Shown here piece after piece: positions 13,980 through 22,574 of a stretch of DNA of 64,000 nt. Within the stretch, counting starts at the first letter, position 1. Every line of letters begins with the position of its first letter. The DNA is from Dehalococcoidia bacterium (GTDB lineage Bacteria; Chloroflexota; Dehalococcoidia; Lucifugimonadales; G958296245), in the NCBI GenBank assembly GCA_963664035.2, contig OY760867.2, positions 3,212,503 through 3,276,502 of the forward strand, given 5' to 3'. The notes beneath the pieces are model-generated. The model searched no databases and was not told the DNA's origin. It was given only the letters and a program-made list of their open reading frames with translations. The position numbers were made by a program, and so were the translations under genes.

Positions 13980-16355
13980 ATGACGGAACGAGACGAGCGC
14001 GGCCGGCGGATAGAGGCGCTGCAGGAGCGGCTGACCCGGCTGAGCGAGGCCAGTCTCAGGATCAACGACAGCCTCGATCTCGACGTGGTCCTGCAGAGGG
14101 TGCTGGACAGCGCCCGCGCGCTGACCGGCGCTCGCTACGGCGTGATGACCACCCTGGACGAGTCGGGGCGGATAGACAACTTCCTGTCCTCCGGCCTCAA
14201 CCAGGAGGAGGCGCAGGAGTTGTGGGCGATGCCGGGCGGCATGGACCTCTTCGACTACCTGAACTCCATCCCCGAACCGTTGCGCGTCCCCGACTTCGCC
14301 GAACACGCCAGGTCGATGGGCCTGCCCGAATTCCTGGAGCCCGCCCCGATGAGCGCCTTCCTGACCGTCCCGATCCGGCACCGGGGCGACAGGGTGGGCA
14401 ACGTCCACATAGCCAATAGGGACCCCGGCGAGGAGTTCAGCCGCGAGGACGAGGAGACGCTGGTAATGTTCGCCTCCCAGGCCGCGCTGGTCATCGCCAA
14501 CGCGCGCAGGCACCGGGAGGAGCAGCGCGCCAGGATGGCGCTGGAGACGCTGGTGGAGGCATCTCCCGTGGGCGTCGTGGTCTTCGACGCCAGGACCGGA
14601 GCGCCGCTCTCGTTCAACCAGGAGGCGAGCAGGATCGTGGGCAGCCTGATGGACCCCGACCAGCCGCCCCAGGGGCTGCTGGAGGAGATGACCATCCGGC
14701 GGGCGGACGGACGCGAGGTCTCGCTGAAGGAGTGGCCTCTGGCCGAGGCGCTGAGCGGCGGGGAGACCGTGCGGGCCGAGGAGATCGTCATGACGGTCCC
14801 CGACGGCCGGAGCGTCACCACGCTGCTCAACGCCACGCCCATCCGCTCCGAGGGCGGCGAGCTCGATCGCTTCGTCATCATCATGCAGGACATGACGCCG
14901 CTGGAGGACCTGCAGCGGCTGCGCGCCGAGTTCCTCGGTATGGTCAGCCACGAGCTGCGCACGCCCCTGACCTCCATCCGCGGCTCGGCCACCACGATGC
15001 TGGACGCCGCGCCGGACCTGGATCCGGCGGAGCTGGGCCAGTTCCTGCGGATCATAGTCGACCAGTCCGACAACATGCGCGAGCTGATCGACGACCTGCT
15101 CGACGTGGCGCGCATCGAAACGGGCGCGCTGTCGGTCAGCCCCGAGCCGGCCGAGATGGCCCGGCTGGTGGACAGGGCCAGGAACACCTTCCTGAGCGGC
15201 GGGGGCAGGGACACCCTGAGCATCAACCTCGCGCCCGACCTGCCCCTGGTGATGGCCGACAGGCGGCGCATAGCCCAGGTCATCGTCAACCTGCTCTCCA
15301 ACGCCGCGCGGCACTCGCCCGAATCGTCGACGATCAGGGTCGGCGCGGTCCGGGACGGGCTCCACGTGGCGGTCTCCGTCGCCGACGATGGCCGGGGCAT
15401 ACCGTCGGAGCACCTCCCGCGCCTGTTCCGGAAGTTCTCTGGGTCCGACGCGAGGGGGCAGGGCGACACGGGGCTGGGCCTCGCCATATGCAGGGGGATA
15501 GTGGAAGCCCACGGAGGGCGCATCTGGGCCGAGAGCCAAGGGCCGAGCCTGGGGGCGCGGTTCACCTTCACCATCCCGATAGCGGTGGAGGCCGGAGCCG
15601 AGATCGACCTGCCCTCGGAGCGCTCGCGGCGCGCACAGGGAGGAGACGCCGCCCCCATCCTCGTGCTGGACGACGACCCGATGACTCTGAGGCACGTGCG
15701 CAACGCGCTCTCCGGGGGAGGCTACGACCCCATCGTGACCGCCGATCCGGAGGAGGCGCTCCGCCTGATGGTGGAGAACCGGCCCCGCATGGTCCTGCTC
15801 GACATGGTGCTGCCAGGACACGACGGCATAGACCTGATGGGCGACATCTTCGCCATCTCCGACATTCCGGTCGTCTTCCTGTCCGCCTACGGCCAGCATG
15901 AGACGGTGACGCGCGCCTTCCAGGCGGGAGCGGCCGACTACATCGTCAAGCCGTTCACGCCGACCGAGCTCGTGGCCAGGGTGAGGGCGGCCCTGCTCAG
16001 GAGGGAAGAGCGCTTCCGGTCCGAGCCGTCGGAACCCTACGTGCTGGGCGACCTGACCATCGACTACGCCATGAGGCTGGTCTCCCTGGCCGGCCAGCCG
16101 GTGCAGCTAACGGCCAAGGAGTACGACCTGCTGCGCACGCTGTCGACCAACGCGGGGCGGGTGCTGACGCACGACCAGTTGCTGCGCAGGGTCTGGGGCA
16201 CCGGGAAGCGCGGCAACGTGCGGACGCTCCGCACCCACCTCAGGAGGCTGCGCCAGAAGCTGAACGAGGACGCCGGCAACCCCACGTACATCTTCTCCGA
16301 GCCCCGCGTAGGCTACCGCATGGCCGAGGGCGAGCCGCCCGAGCAGGATTCCTAA
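13980..16355 (+). CDS. Soluble hybrid two-component protein: GAF-PAS-HisKA-HATPase_c-REC-OmpR/PhoB-type winged-helix
   Basis: GGAGGTG lies 8 nt upstream of the ATG. The GAF-like N-terminus reads ...FLTVPIRHRGDRVGNVHIANR...EDEETLVMFASQAALVIANARRH. H-box is MVSHELRTPL (~14944-14973). N-box is NLLSNAARHS. G-boxes are DDGRGI and GLGLAICRGIVEAHGG. REC: ILVLDDDP, MVLLDMVLPGHDG, YIVKPF. The C-terminal trans_reg_C region reads LTAKEYDLLRTLSTNAGRVLTHDQLLRRVWG...RTHLRRLRQKL...PRVGYRM. I saw no hydrophobic TM segment. Confidence 0.9.
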   Translation: MTERDERGRRIEALQERLTRLSEASLRINDSLDLDVVLQRVLDSARALTGARYGVMTTLDESGRIDNFLSSGLNQEEAQELWAMPGGMDLFDYLNSIPEPLRVPDFAEHARSMGLPEFLEPAPMSAFLTVPIRHRGDRVGNVHIANRDPGEEFSREDEETLVMFASQAALVIANARRHREEQRARMALETLVEASPVGVVVFDARTGAPLSFNQEASRIVGSLMDPDQPPQGLLEEMTIRRADGREVSLKEWPLAEALSGGETVRAEEIVMTVPDGRSVTTLLNATPIRSEGGELDRFVIIMQDMTPLEDLQRLRAEFLGMVSHELRTPLTSIRGSATTMLDAAPDLDPAELGQFLRIIVDQSDNMRELIDDLLDVARIETGALSVSPEPAEMARLVDRARNTFLSGGGRDTLSINLAPDLPLVMADRRRIAQVIVNLLSNAARHSPESSTIRVGAVRDGLHVAVSVADDGRGIPSEHLPRLFRKFSGSDARGQGDTGLGLAICRGIVEAHGGRIWAESQGPSLGARFTFTIPIAVEAGAEIDLPSERSRRAQGGDAAPILVLDDDPMTLRHVRNALSGGGYDPIVTADPEEALRLMVENRPRMVLLDMVLPGHDGIDLMGDIFAISDIPVVFLSAYGQHETVTRAFQAGAADYIVKPFTPTELVARVRAALLRREERFRSEPSEPYVLGDLTIDYAMRLVSLAGQPVQLTAKEYDLLRTLSTNAGRVLTHDQLLRRVWGTGKRGNVRTLRTHLRRLRQKLNEDAGNPTYIFSEPRVGYRMAEGEPPEQDS

Positions 16356-16645
16356 GGCAGTGATGGTCGCGCCGGACGCGTTCACCGCCGCCAGCCCGCC
16401 GCGGACCACGTTGCGGCCCCTCGCCGCGCCGGAGCCGTGCGCGTAGGACGCCGTTATCGCGCCGTCGTTCTGGGACACCAGGCCGCCCGCGTGCCCCTCG
16501 TTCCTAGTGGCGCCGTCCGCCGTGGCCGTCACCGCCGCCCGCGAGTAGCTCGACACTATCGCGCCGTTCGTTCCAACCCACCAGCCCGCCCGCGATGGCG
16601 TCGTTGGCTCCCTCCACCGTGATCGTAACCGTCGCGCCGACCCGC
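16356..16645 (-). pseudogene. Frameshifted fragment of a GLUG-repeat protein gene (relic)
   Basis: The minus strand reads ...VGATVTITVEGANDAIAGGLVGWNE, then a frameshift near 16570, then NGAIVSSYSRAAVTATADGATRNEGHAGGLVSQNDGAITASYAHGSGAARGRNVVRGGLAAVNASGATITA. This is the same vocabulary as the giant genes. Similarity ends at the stop codon of the kinase gene (16355) on one side and at the ArsR promoter on the other. Confidence 0.7.
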
Positions 16646-16652
16646 AGGGGCC

Positions 16653-16690
16653 TTGACATGCAACCCTGTGGTTGCGTATTGTATGCGCGC
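16653..16690 (+). promoter_or_regulatory. Sigma70-like promoter with embedded inverted-repeat operator; likely leaderless or near-leaderless ArsR transcript
   Basis: TTGACA at 16653-16658, an 18-nt spacer, then TATTGT at 16677-16682, with the ATG at 16691. Inverted repeat tgcaacc-ctgt-ggttgcg (16659-16676) fills the spacer. No SD precedes the ATG. Confidence 0.45.
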
Positions 16691-16963
16691 ATGGACAAAG
16701 ACCTGGTCTTCAAGGCGCTCGCGGACCCAACACGGAGGTTGATGCTGGACGAGCTCTCTGAGCGCAAGGAGCAGACGCTCTACGAGCTCACGGCGCGCTT
16801 GATCATGCGGCATGAAGTCGCCATCTCCCGACAGGCCCTGGCCAAGCACATCGATCTCCTGGAACAAGCGGGGCTCGTAAGCTCGGAGAAGCGCGGCAAG
16901 TATCGGATGCTTGTCTTCAACGACGGACCCATCAGGGCTGTCATGGAGCGATGGCTCAAGTGA
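16691..16963 (+). CDS. ArsR/SmtB-family winged-helix transcriptional regulator
   Basis: MDKDLVFKALADPTRRLMLDELSERKEQTLYELTARLIMRHEVAISRQALAKHIDLLEQAGLV... has the typical ALADPTR + HTH pattern. The track start (16595) runs into the GLUG relic, so I use the internal ATG at 16691. Confidence 0.8.
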   Translation: MDKDLVFKALADPTRRLMLDELSERKEQTLYELTARLIMRHEVAISRQALAKHIDLLEQAGLVSSEKRGKYRMLVFNDGPIRAVMERWLK

Positions 16964-16989
16964 CACTATGAAAGAAGAGGAGGCCGGAT

Positions 16990-17373
16990 ATGCGCATTAC
17001 ACTCACCAGCGTCTTCGTAAGCGATCAGGACGAAGCCCTGAGGTTCTACACGGAGACCCTCGGCTTCGTGAAGAAGCATGACTTGCCCGTGGGGGAATTC
17101 AAGTGGCTTACCGTCGTCTCGCCCGATGACCCGGATGGGACCGAGCTCCTGCTCGAACCGAATGACAACCCGGTAGCGCGAGAATATCAGAAGGGGATAT
17201 TCGACCAGGGCATCCCAGCGGCGTCCTTTAGCGTCACGGACATCCGCGCAGAGTATGAGAAGCTGAAGTCGCTGGGCGTAGCCTTTACGATGGAGCCAAC
17301 GGAATTGGCCAACGTCACCATCGCGGTCTTCGACGACACCTGCGGCAACCTGGTCCAGATAATGCAGACGTAA
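16990..17373 (+). CDS. VOC (glyoxalase/bleomycin-resistance/dioxygenase) family protein
   Basis: GAGGAGG lies upstream of the ATG. MRITLTSVFVSDQDEALRFYTETLGFVKKHD...LLLEPNDNP...VFDDTCGNLVQIMQ has the typical betaalphabetabetabeta VOC fold signature. It sits 26 nt after the ArsR gene. Confidence 0.8.
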   Translation: MRITLTSVFVSDQDEALRFYTETLGFVKKHDLPVGEFKWLTVVSPDDPDGTELLLEPNDNPVAREYQKGIFDQGIPAASFSVTDIRAEYEKLKSLGVAFTMEPTELANVTIAVFDDTCGNLVQIMQT

Positions 17374-17482
17374 CGACGATCGACCAGGCTATCCCGCTCT
17401 TCAGGAGATGGACGCCGATAGATCGATCAGCCTCTGGCAACGTCTGTTCAGGACACGGTTCCCGCAACGGGCCGACTGAGCT

Positions 17483-20400
17483 TCACGCCTCCGTCCATCT
17501 GACAGAGATCCCCAACTGCTCGAACGCCTCGACGATTCTCTGATTCAGAACGTCTTGGGAGATGCCGGCGTCGCTGGTAACCTCTATGGTCACGCTCAAC
17601 TCTGCCCCGGCGTCCTGCTCTTGCAGGACCTTAAACAGGTATGGCTGAAGGTTGTTGGTCTTGGCTACGGCGAGGTCATCGACATCGAGCCTGACCCGCG
17701 TCAGGCGCTTGGGCGGGGGCGGGACCACCTGGTCGCTGATCTTGCGGACAGCCTTACCGTGCTCTTCAGCAGGGGCCTGTTTACTCTCGCTCCCGGTCTC
17801 ATCCTTTTCGCTCCCCGGCTCCTCCGGGCGCAATTCCTCGCGGATGAGCTGAAGCATTTCTCCCTTCACCAGCGAGGCTGAGCCGTCGAAGAGAGTTGCC
17901 AGGCCGTCGACGCCTTCGGGCTTCTCGACCAACGCCTGGTACTTGCTCGTAGCGACATCGCCTATAGCGACGGCCCATAAACCCTGGGAGACGCCCTCCC
18001 GGATGCAGGAGCGAAGGGTCTCCTCCCTATTGGGAAGGATCGGGAGGTAGGTCCATTGGGGAAACCTTCGGCTGGCTTCGGACAAGTCCAGGGCGTCCGT
18101 CTCATCCTTCCACAGGCTCGGAGCGATCTTGGCGTTGAAGTAGACGGCGCCCATCTTCGGAAGCACTTTCGGCGCGCCATAGTCCTGGTCCGAGAGGCGC
18201 TGCACCACTCTTCGCGCAATCTGTTCGCCCGTGGTGGCGGGCACGGGCAGAGACAGCGGCTCCATCCCCTGCTCATCCGGGTAGAACACCCACCTGTAGG
18301 CGGTCGCCACGCTCGTCTTCAGGCTGTCGCGCTTGGCTCTGCTCCGGCTTTCCAGGTCCTTCACTTCGAGGTTGCTGAGGTCGATTGACTTCCTGCCCGC
18401 CGACCCTACAACGGACTCATAGGCCAACACTTCACGGACCGCGTGCTCCGCCCGGCCCCAGAACTCCCTGTCGGGCGCTACAAGCACCAGGGCGTTCCTC
18501 CACTGGCGGAGACCGCCGCCCACCCTGTCCCATAGCTGACGCACCCGTTCCCTATCGGCGCCGGCGGTCGTCCCGCCGTTGCCGGACTCGCCAACGGCGT
18601 ACCTGGGATCCAGCACTGCGACGGCGGGGTCCGGGTTGTCGGGAATCTGGCCGTCCGCGCCCGCCCAGGGGATCACCCTGAACCCGGCAGCCGTCCCGAT
18701 TACTCCGTCAACCTCCGTGCGCAGCCGGTCCGCCACAATGGACTGCGACTGTTCGTCGGCCCTCTGCGCGATCACCCTATAGATGTTTGGACGTGTCTGG
18801 AAGCTGAGCGAATCGCCCTCCCGGTGTACGTACCAGAGCGTCTCCTCCAGCGAGCTCAGGACCTCCGTTACGTACTCGGGGCCGACGTTGGGAGCCACGG
18901 TGCCTAGGCGAAGCTCCTGCGGCGTGCCTCCTCTCCGTTCCATGCCCCCGAACGAGTGCATGAGCACCGTCGTGGCGACTCCCCGCGCGATGTGGAATCG
19001 CGCGTAGTCGCTCCCGCGATTCCGGTCCTGCATGTCGGCGTGGGCGTCTCCGCCAACGATGTCAGCCGCCACCACGCCGTCGTAGCCGCCGCCTGCGCCG
19101 GCGGCGCTGACGATCCGCGTGCGGGTCCGCTCCCGTTCCAGGTCTACGTGCGCCGACTGTATCGCATGGGCCTCGCGCCGGTTGGCCCACTGGTCGGCGA
19201 CCACTCCCGCCAGGAGCTGGAGGGTCGCCCGGGTCCTGGGAAAGTCCGGCGCGGTCGACCACTTCTTGTAGATGACGTCGATCAACTCCGGGTGGAGGGG
19301 ATACGCGGCCCTCTGCTGTTCCAGGTATTCGGGAGTCAGGGCCGCCGCGTCGTACAGCCCCGGCGTCTTCTCATAGACCTGCCTGTACGCGTCCGCGACT
19401 CGCTCCGCTGCTCCGGCGTCCACGCGCTCGAACAGCCGCCTGCGCATGAGCACGTAGATGTCCTCGTCGTTGATGGGCGTCCGCTTGGAGACCACGCGGT
19501 CGGCGCGCGGCTGCAACTCCTCCATGATGCTCAGCTCGTTGCGGAGCTGCTCAGGATCGAGGCCGCCGAACTCACGCCTGCTCTTGGGCAGTGAGATGAG
19601 CACGCAGACGCCGGGAACGTTGCTGGCAAGCTGGAGGGTCTCCTGGAGGAACTGCACCGTCTGCCGGTAGAGGTTTAGCGTGCGGCGGGAGCTGGAGTAT
19701 CTCAGCTTCACGAGGTAGCTGACGATCTCATCGAGCAGGATCAGGCATGGGGACGCCTCCTCCAGCACCTGCCTGAAGACGGCGTTGCCGGGAGCCTCGC
19801 CCCGGCCGTCCGAGTCGATGACCAGCTTGTGGAAGATCCCGACACCCACCTGGTGGGCAAGCTCTCCCCAGAGCGTGTTTACCGACGCGCCATCCTCCTT
19901 CATCGCCGGTTCGCTGCCCGCCTCCTGGCCGTCGAACACCAGCACGCGGGCGCCGGCGGGGATGCGTACTCCGCCCAGCGCCTCCGCGACGGAGGGTATT
20001 TTCGACGCCTCTTGGGGGCTGCCGATCAGGTGGTAGAGCGTCAGGAGGGCGTGGGTCTTGCCGCCGCCGAACGGCGTCTGCACCTCGGTGACAGCGGGCC
20101 CCTGCCCTCCGCTCATCCTACTGGCTATGTCCCGCACCATCTGCGTCAGGTTCTCGGTGAAGTAGGTCTGGGAGAGGAAGCGCTTGGGGTCGAGGTATTC
20201 GTCGCGCGCCGACCCCGCGAAGACGCCGCCGAGGGTGGCCGCGAAGAGCGACTCGTCGATGTGGGCCGGGTCCCGGAAGCCCTCACGAGGCGTACACGCC
20301 TCCCACCAGTACGGAATCTGCCCTTTCGTCGCGGGCATGGCCTCCCGAACCGCGGGAGCCTCTGCCTGCGTCATGCCAAGGACCTGCTTGCGTATCGCCT

Positions 20401-20836
20401 CTACCTCGTCGGCCTCCGGGAGGCCCGCCGGGCGCAAGAGCTGTGCCATGGCGTACAGGGCGTGCCCGACCTCATCGGCGAGCATGTCGCCCGTTCGCGG
20501 GTGCGCCCACGTGTTGCGGGTCTCCCCCACCTGCAGGAGCCACGATTGCGTCTGCTTGAAGTTGTGGTAAGTATCCTCGAAGGCGCGGTCGAAGTTCTTG
20601 GTGACGACGCGCACGAGGTGGCCCGCGTCGAGAAGGTCCGCCCTGTCCGCGCCAGGGTTTCTGTCCAGCTCGCGATTTAGGCCCCGCCTCTGCGGGGTGG
20701 TCATGGCGTCGAGGACGCCGCGCTCCCACCAATGGCCCTTGAATGACGCGGTGAGCCGCTCCTTCACGAGCCTGCGCATGGCGTCGGTGTACAGCTTGAG
20801 GCCGCGCCCCAGGGCCGCGTGGTTGGTCTCGGTCAT
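17483..20836 (-). CDS. HEPN (Swt1-like) - DUF499 P-loop ATPase fusion, 1,117 aa
   Basis: AAGGGA lies 6 nt upstream of the ATG. The helical N-terminal ~150 aa carry the Rx4H motif RNTWAH (20501-20518). The DUF499 signatures are LFAATLGGV, TYFTENL and QTPFGGGKTHALLTLYHL (Walker A, 20051-20074), plus the Walker B-like CLILLDEIVSYL. Confidence 0.8.
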   Translation of the reverse strand: MTETNHAALGRGLKLYTDAMRRLVKERLTASFKGHWWERGVLDAMTTPQRRGLNRELDRNPGADRADLLDAGHLVRVVTKNFDRAFEDTYHNFKQTQSWLLQVGETRNTWAHPRTGDMLADEVGHALYAMAQLLRPAGLPEADEVEAIRKQVLGMTQAEAPAVREAMPATKGQIPYWWEACTPREGFRDPAHIDESLFAATLGGVFAGSARDEYLDPKRFLSQTYFTENLTQMVRDIASRMSGGQGPAVTEVQTPFGGGKTHALLTLYHLIGSPQEASKIPSVAEALGGVRIPAGARVLVFDGQEAGSEPAMKEDGASVNTLWGELAHQVGVGIFHKLVIDSDGRGEAPGNAVFRQVLEEASPCLILLDEIVSYLVKLRYSSSRRTLNLYRQTVQFLQETLQLASNVPGVCVLISLPKSRREFGGLDPEQLRNELSIMEELQPRADRVVSKRTPINDEDIYVLMRRRLFERVDAGAAERVADAYRQVYEKTPGLYDAAALTPEYLEQQRAAYPLHPELIDVIYKKWSTAPDFPRTRATLQLLAGVVADQWANRREAHAIQSAHVDLERERTRTRIVSAAGAGGGYDGVVAADIVGGDAHADMQDRNRGSDYARFHIARGVATTVLMHSFGGMERRGGTPQELRLGTVAPNVGPEYVTEVLSSLEETLWYVHREGDSLSFQTRPNIYRVIAQRADEQSQSIVADRLRTEVDGVIGTAAGFRVIPWAGADGQIPDNPDPAVAVLDPRYAVGESGNGGTTAGADRERVRQLWDRVGGGLRQWRNALVLVAPDREFWGRAEHAVREVLAYESVVGSAGRKSIDLSNLEVKDLESRSRAKRDSLKTSVATAYRWVFYPDEQGMEPLSLPVPATTGEQIARRVVQRLSDQDYGAPKVLPKMGAVYFNAKIAPSLWKDETDALDLSEASRRFPQWTYLPILPNREETLRSCIREGVSQGLWAVAIGDVATSKYQALVEKPEGVDGLATLFDGSASLVKGEMLQLIREELRPEEPGSEKDETGSESKQAPAEEHGKAVRKISDQVVPPPPKRLTRVRLDVDDLAVAKTNNLQPYLFKVLQEQDAGAELSVTIEVTSDAGISQDVLNQRIVEAFEQLGISVRWTEA

Positions 20837-20856
20837 TGCATCCCTTACTTAGGATA

Positions 20857-21477
20857 TTATGCTATCCGCCACAGCCTGTGCAAGAAATCGCGTACGTGGC
20901 TGAAGGCGCTATCGTCGAGATCCCAATAGCCCCTCTTGGCTGCTACCCCTACCGAGAGATGAGGAGCGGGCTTGGTGGTGAGATAGGCTCGAGCGCGCGC
21001 CTTATCCGAGCGCTCGACGGAATGAGGCAATGCTTCCACGCACCCGAAGAACGTGTTGACGCAGCCATCGATAGGGCTTCCCTCGAAAGTCTCGCACAGA
21101 AGGGTTTCGAGCATACCCGCCCGCCCGCGTCCGGGCAGGATCAATGCCGACACCGCCGGGCTGGACTCGACGCGCTCTCCGGGATTGCTTGGCATGGGTA
21201 GTCCCGCATTCCTGAGCGACGAACGAACACTCTCGAACGCCGACGCGCCGTTTCTCTCCGCGTCCCGAACGATGCCCAGGCTCCTAACAGTGTCACGAAA
21301 CCCCGGCACGTTCACGAGGGCGGCAAGGTAGCCGCGCAGCTCATCCACTCCGCCGAAGTTGTGTATCTGAATACCTGGAAGCGAGAGGTGTTCCGAGAAC
21401 GCCTCGAAGAAGTTGCGCTGGTCGTTTCCTTCTACGAGAAGCTGGATTTCGCTCTCGATGCGTGTCGCCAGCCCCAT
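20857..21477 (-). CDS. Small Toprim-like partner protein, copy 2 (DUF3226/DUF4276/RloB-like class; assignment tentative)
   Basis: MGLATRIESEIQLLVEGNDQRNFFEAF...LGIVRDAERNG... has a conserved acidic E (LLVEG) and a D-A-E pair, as in Toprim-type partners of ABC ATPases. The start is taken at ATG 21477, one nt after the ATPase stop. An alternative start lies at 21498. The track's start at 21522 overlaps the upstream gene by 44 nt. Confidence 0.6.
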   Translation of the reverse strand: MGLATRIESEIQLLVEGNDQRNFFEAFSEHLSLPGIQIHNFGGVDELRGYLAALVNVPGFRDTVRSLGIVRDAERNGASAFESVRSSLRNAGLPMPSNPGERVESSPAVSALILPGRGRAGMLETLLCETFEGSPIDGCVNTFFGCVEALPHSVERSDKARARAYLTTKPAPHLSVGVAAKRGYWDLDDSAFSHVRDFLHRLWRIA

Positions 21478-21478
21478 T

Positions 21479-22537
21479 CTAGCGGACCTCCAACCCATGG
21501 AGCATGGCAGCGCCGATGACATCGGGATAATACGTCACGCAACGGACCGCCGAGTCTGTGGCTTCGAGCCTGTGAAGTCGGAAGGAGTCGGACTCCAATA
21601 ATCCTTGAGCCGCGCCGATGCACTCCAGGCTGTGAGTGGTCGCGAACACCTGGGCGTTGAACTGTCTCGCCGCCGTATCGATGACCTGCCATACCTTTGG
21701 CAGCAAGGTATGGTGGAGCCCATTTTCTATCTCGTCCACCAGTACCAGGCCACCTGGAACGGAAGATATGGCCAGTACGAGCCTGGCGATTCGGGTCATG
21801 CCTTCTCCCATGACGGACAGCGGTATCAACTCCGATAGGCCGACGTCGCCCCAGATCATTGGCTCGCCGCTTGCCGAACTGTCCTCTATGCTCTGCAAGT
21901 TGGGCTCGACTACTCTCAGGGCTTCTAGCAGGAGGTCGCCGCGTTTTTGCTTTCGCAGTGTCCCCAAGCGTACAGCGTCTTCCCGGGCGTTGCCTATTCG
22001 AGATGACAGGATGACCGAATTGAATGGGACCTTGACGTCCGGCTGTGAAATCTCGACACCCTGTCCCTTTGGTCGTATGAAGCCCTCAGCATGAACGCCG
22101 GCCGGCCCGTCGTACCGGAACGTGAGAGCGCGTTCACCGGGAAGGTTTACCATCAAGCCCCCATCGAGTGAAATCTCTGTGGTCTGCGGGCGTTCCGATC
22201 GGATATCCAAGGCCAATTCGCCAAGAGAGGCGTGCAGGCCGGAAATCTCTATCGGACTGTCCAAGTCCAGACCCGAGAAGAACTCCTTCCACTGTGTCTG
22301 ACTTACTGCCGGCGTCATACCTACTGCGGAAAGCCCTATGGACGGCTCGAGCCCTCGCATGATATTGACATTCATCGCGAGTTCTGGATTCCCTGCCCCG
22401 GAAAGTAGGAAGAGCGCCTCCAGCAGGCTGGTCTTCCCAGAGTTGTTCAGTCCGGCGATCAGGTTGACGCGGCTCAACTGATCAATCTCGAGCATCCTGA
22501 GGATGCGGAAATTTCGTATTTGCACTCGCTCAATCAT
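21479..22537 (-). CDS. ABC-type (AAA_21/AAA_15, OLD-N-terminal-like) ATPase, copy 2
   Basis: AAGGAG lies 8 nt upstream. MIERVQIRNFRILRMLEIDQLSRVNLIAGLNNSGKTSLLEAL holds Walker A (22428-22457). Other motifs are MGEGMTRIARL, GGLVLVDEIENGLHH (Walker B) and VFATTHS. Confidence 0.8.
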   Translation of the reverse strand: MIERVQIRNFRILRMLEIDQLSRVNLIAGLNNSGKTSLLEALFLLSGAGNPELAMNVNIMRGLEPSIGLSAVGMTPAVSQTQWKEFFSGLDLDSPIEISGLHASLGELALDIRSERPQTTEISLDGGLMVNLPGERALTFRYDGPAGVHAEGFIRPKGQGVEISQPDVKVPFNSVILSSRIGNAREDAVRLGTLRKQKRGDLLLEALRVVEPNLQSIEDSSASGEPMIWGDVGLSELIPLSVMGEGMTRIARLVLAISSVPGGLVLVDEIENGLHHTLLPKVWQVIDTAARQFNAQVFATTHSLECIGAAQGLLESDSFRLHRLEATDSAVRCVTYYPDVIGAAMLHGLEVR

Positions 22538-22574
22538 CGCCCCACTCCTTCCGGCACAACAAATTATACTTGAT

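Noticed and set aside
13176-15899. A 907-aa minus-strand ORF and several others overlapping the histidine kinase gene (14255-15703, 14732-15901).
   Set aside because: They are antisense or off-frame to a gene with a complete set of GAF, H-box, N/G-box, REC and wHTH motifs. Their composition is Arg/Pro/Gly junk. They also read through the REP-like hairpin (GAGFKPAL artefact).
16107-16767. Minus-strand ORFs 16107-16556, 16504-16767 and 16556-16966, considered as possible intact small genes.
   Set aside because: 16107-16556 is a chimera of the GLUG relic and the antisense of the kinase 3' end. The others are the frameshifted upstream half of the relic or antisense of the ArsR gene.
17374-17482. 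Rho-independent terminators in the convergent gap (17374-17482), after the giant gene (30555-30748), and at the GC-rich hairpins.
   Set aside because: There are no strong stem-loops followed by T-tracts. The hairpin-family units lack a U-run, so I do not call them terminators.
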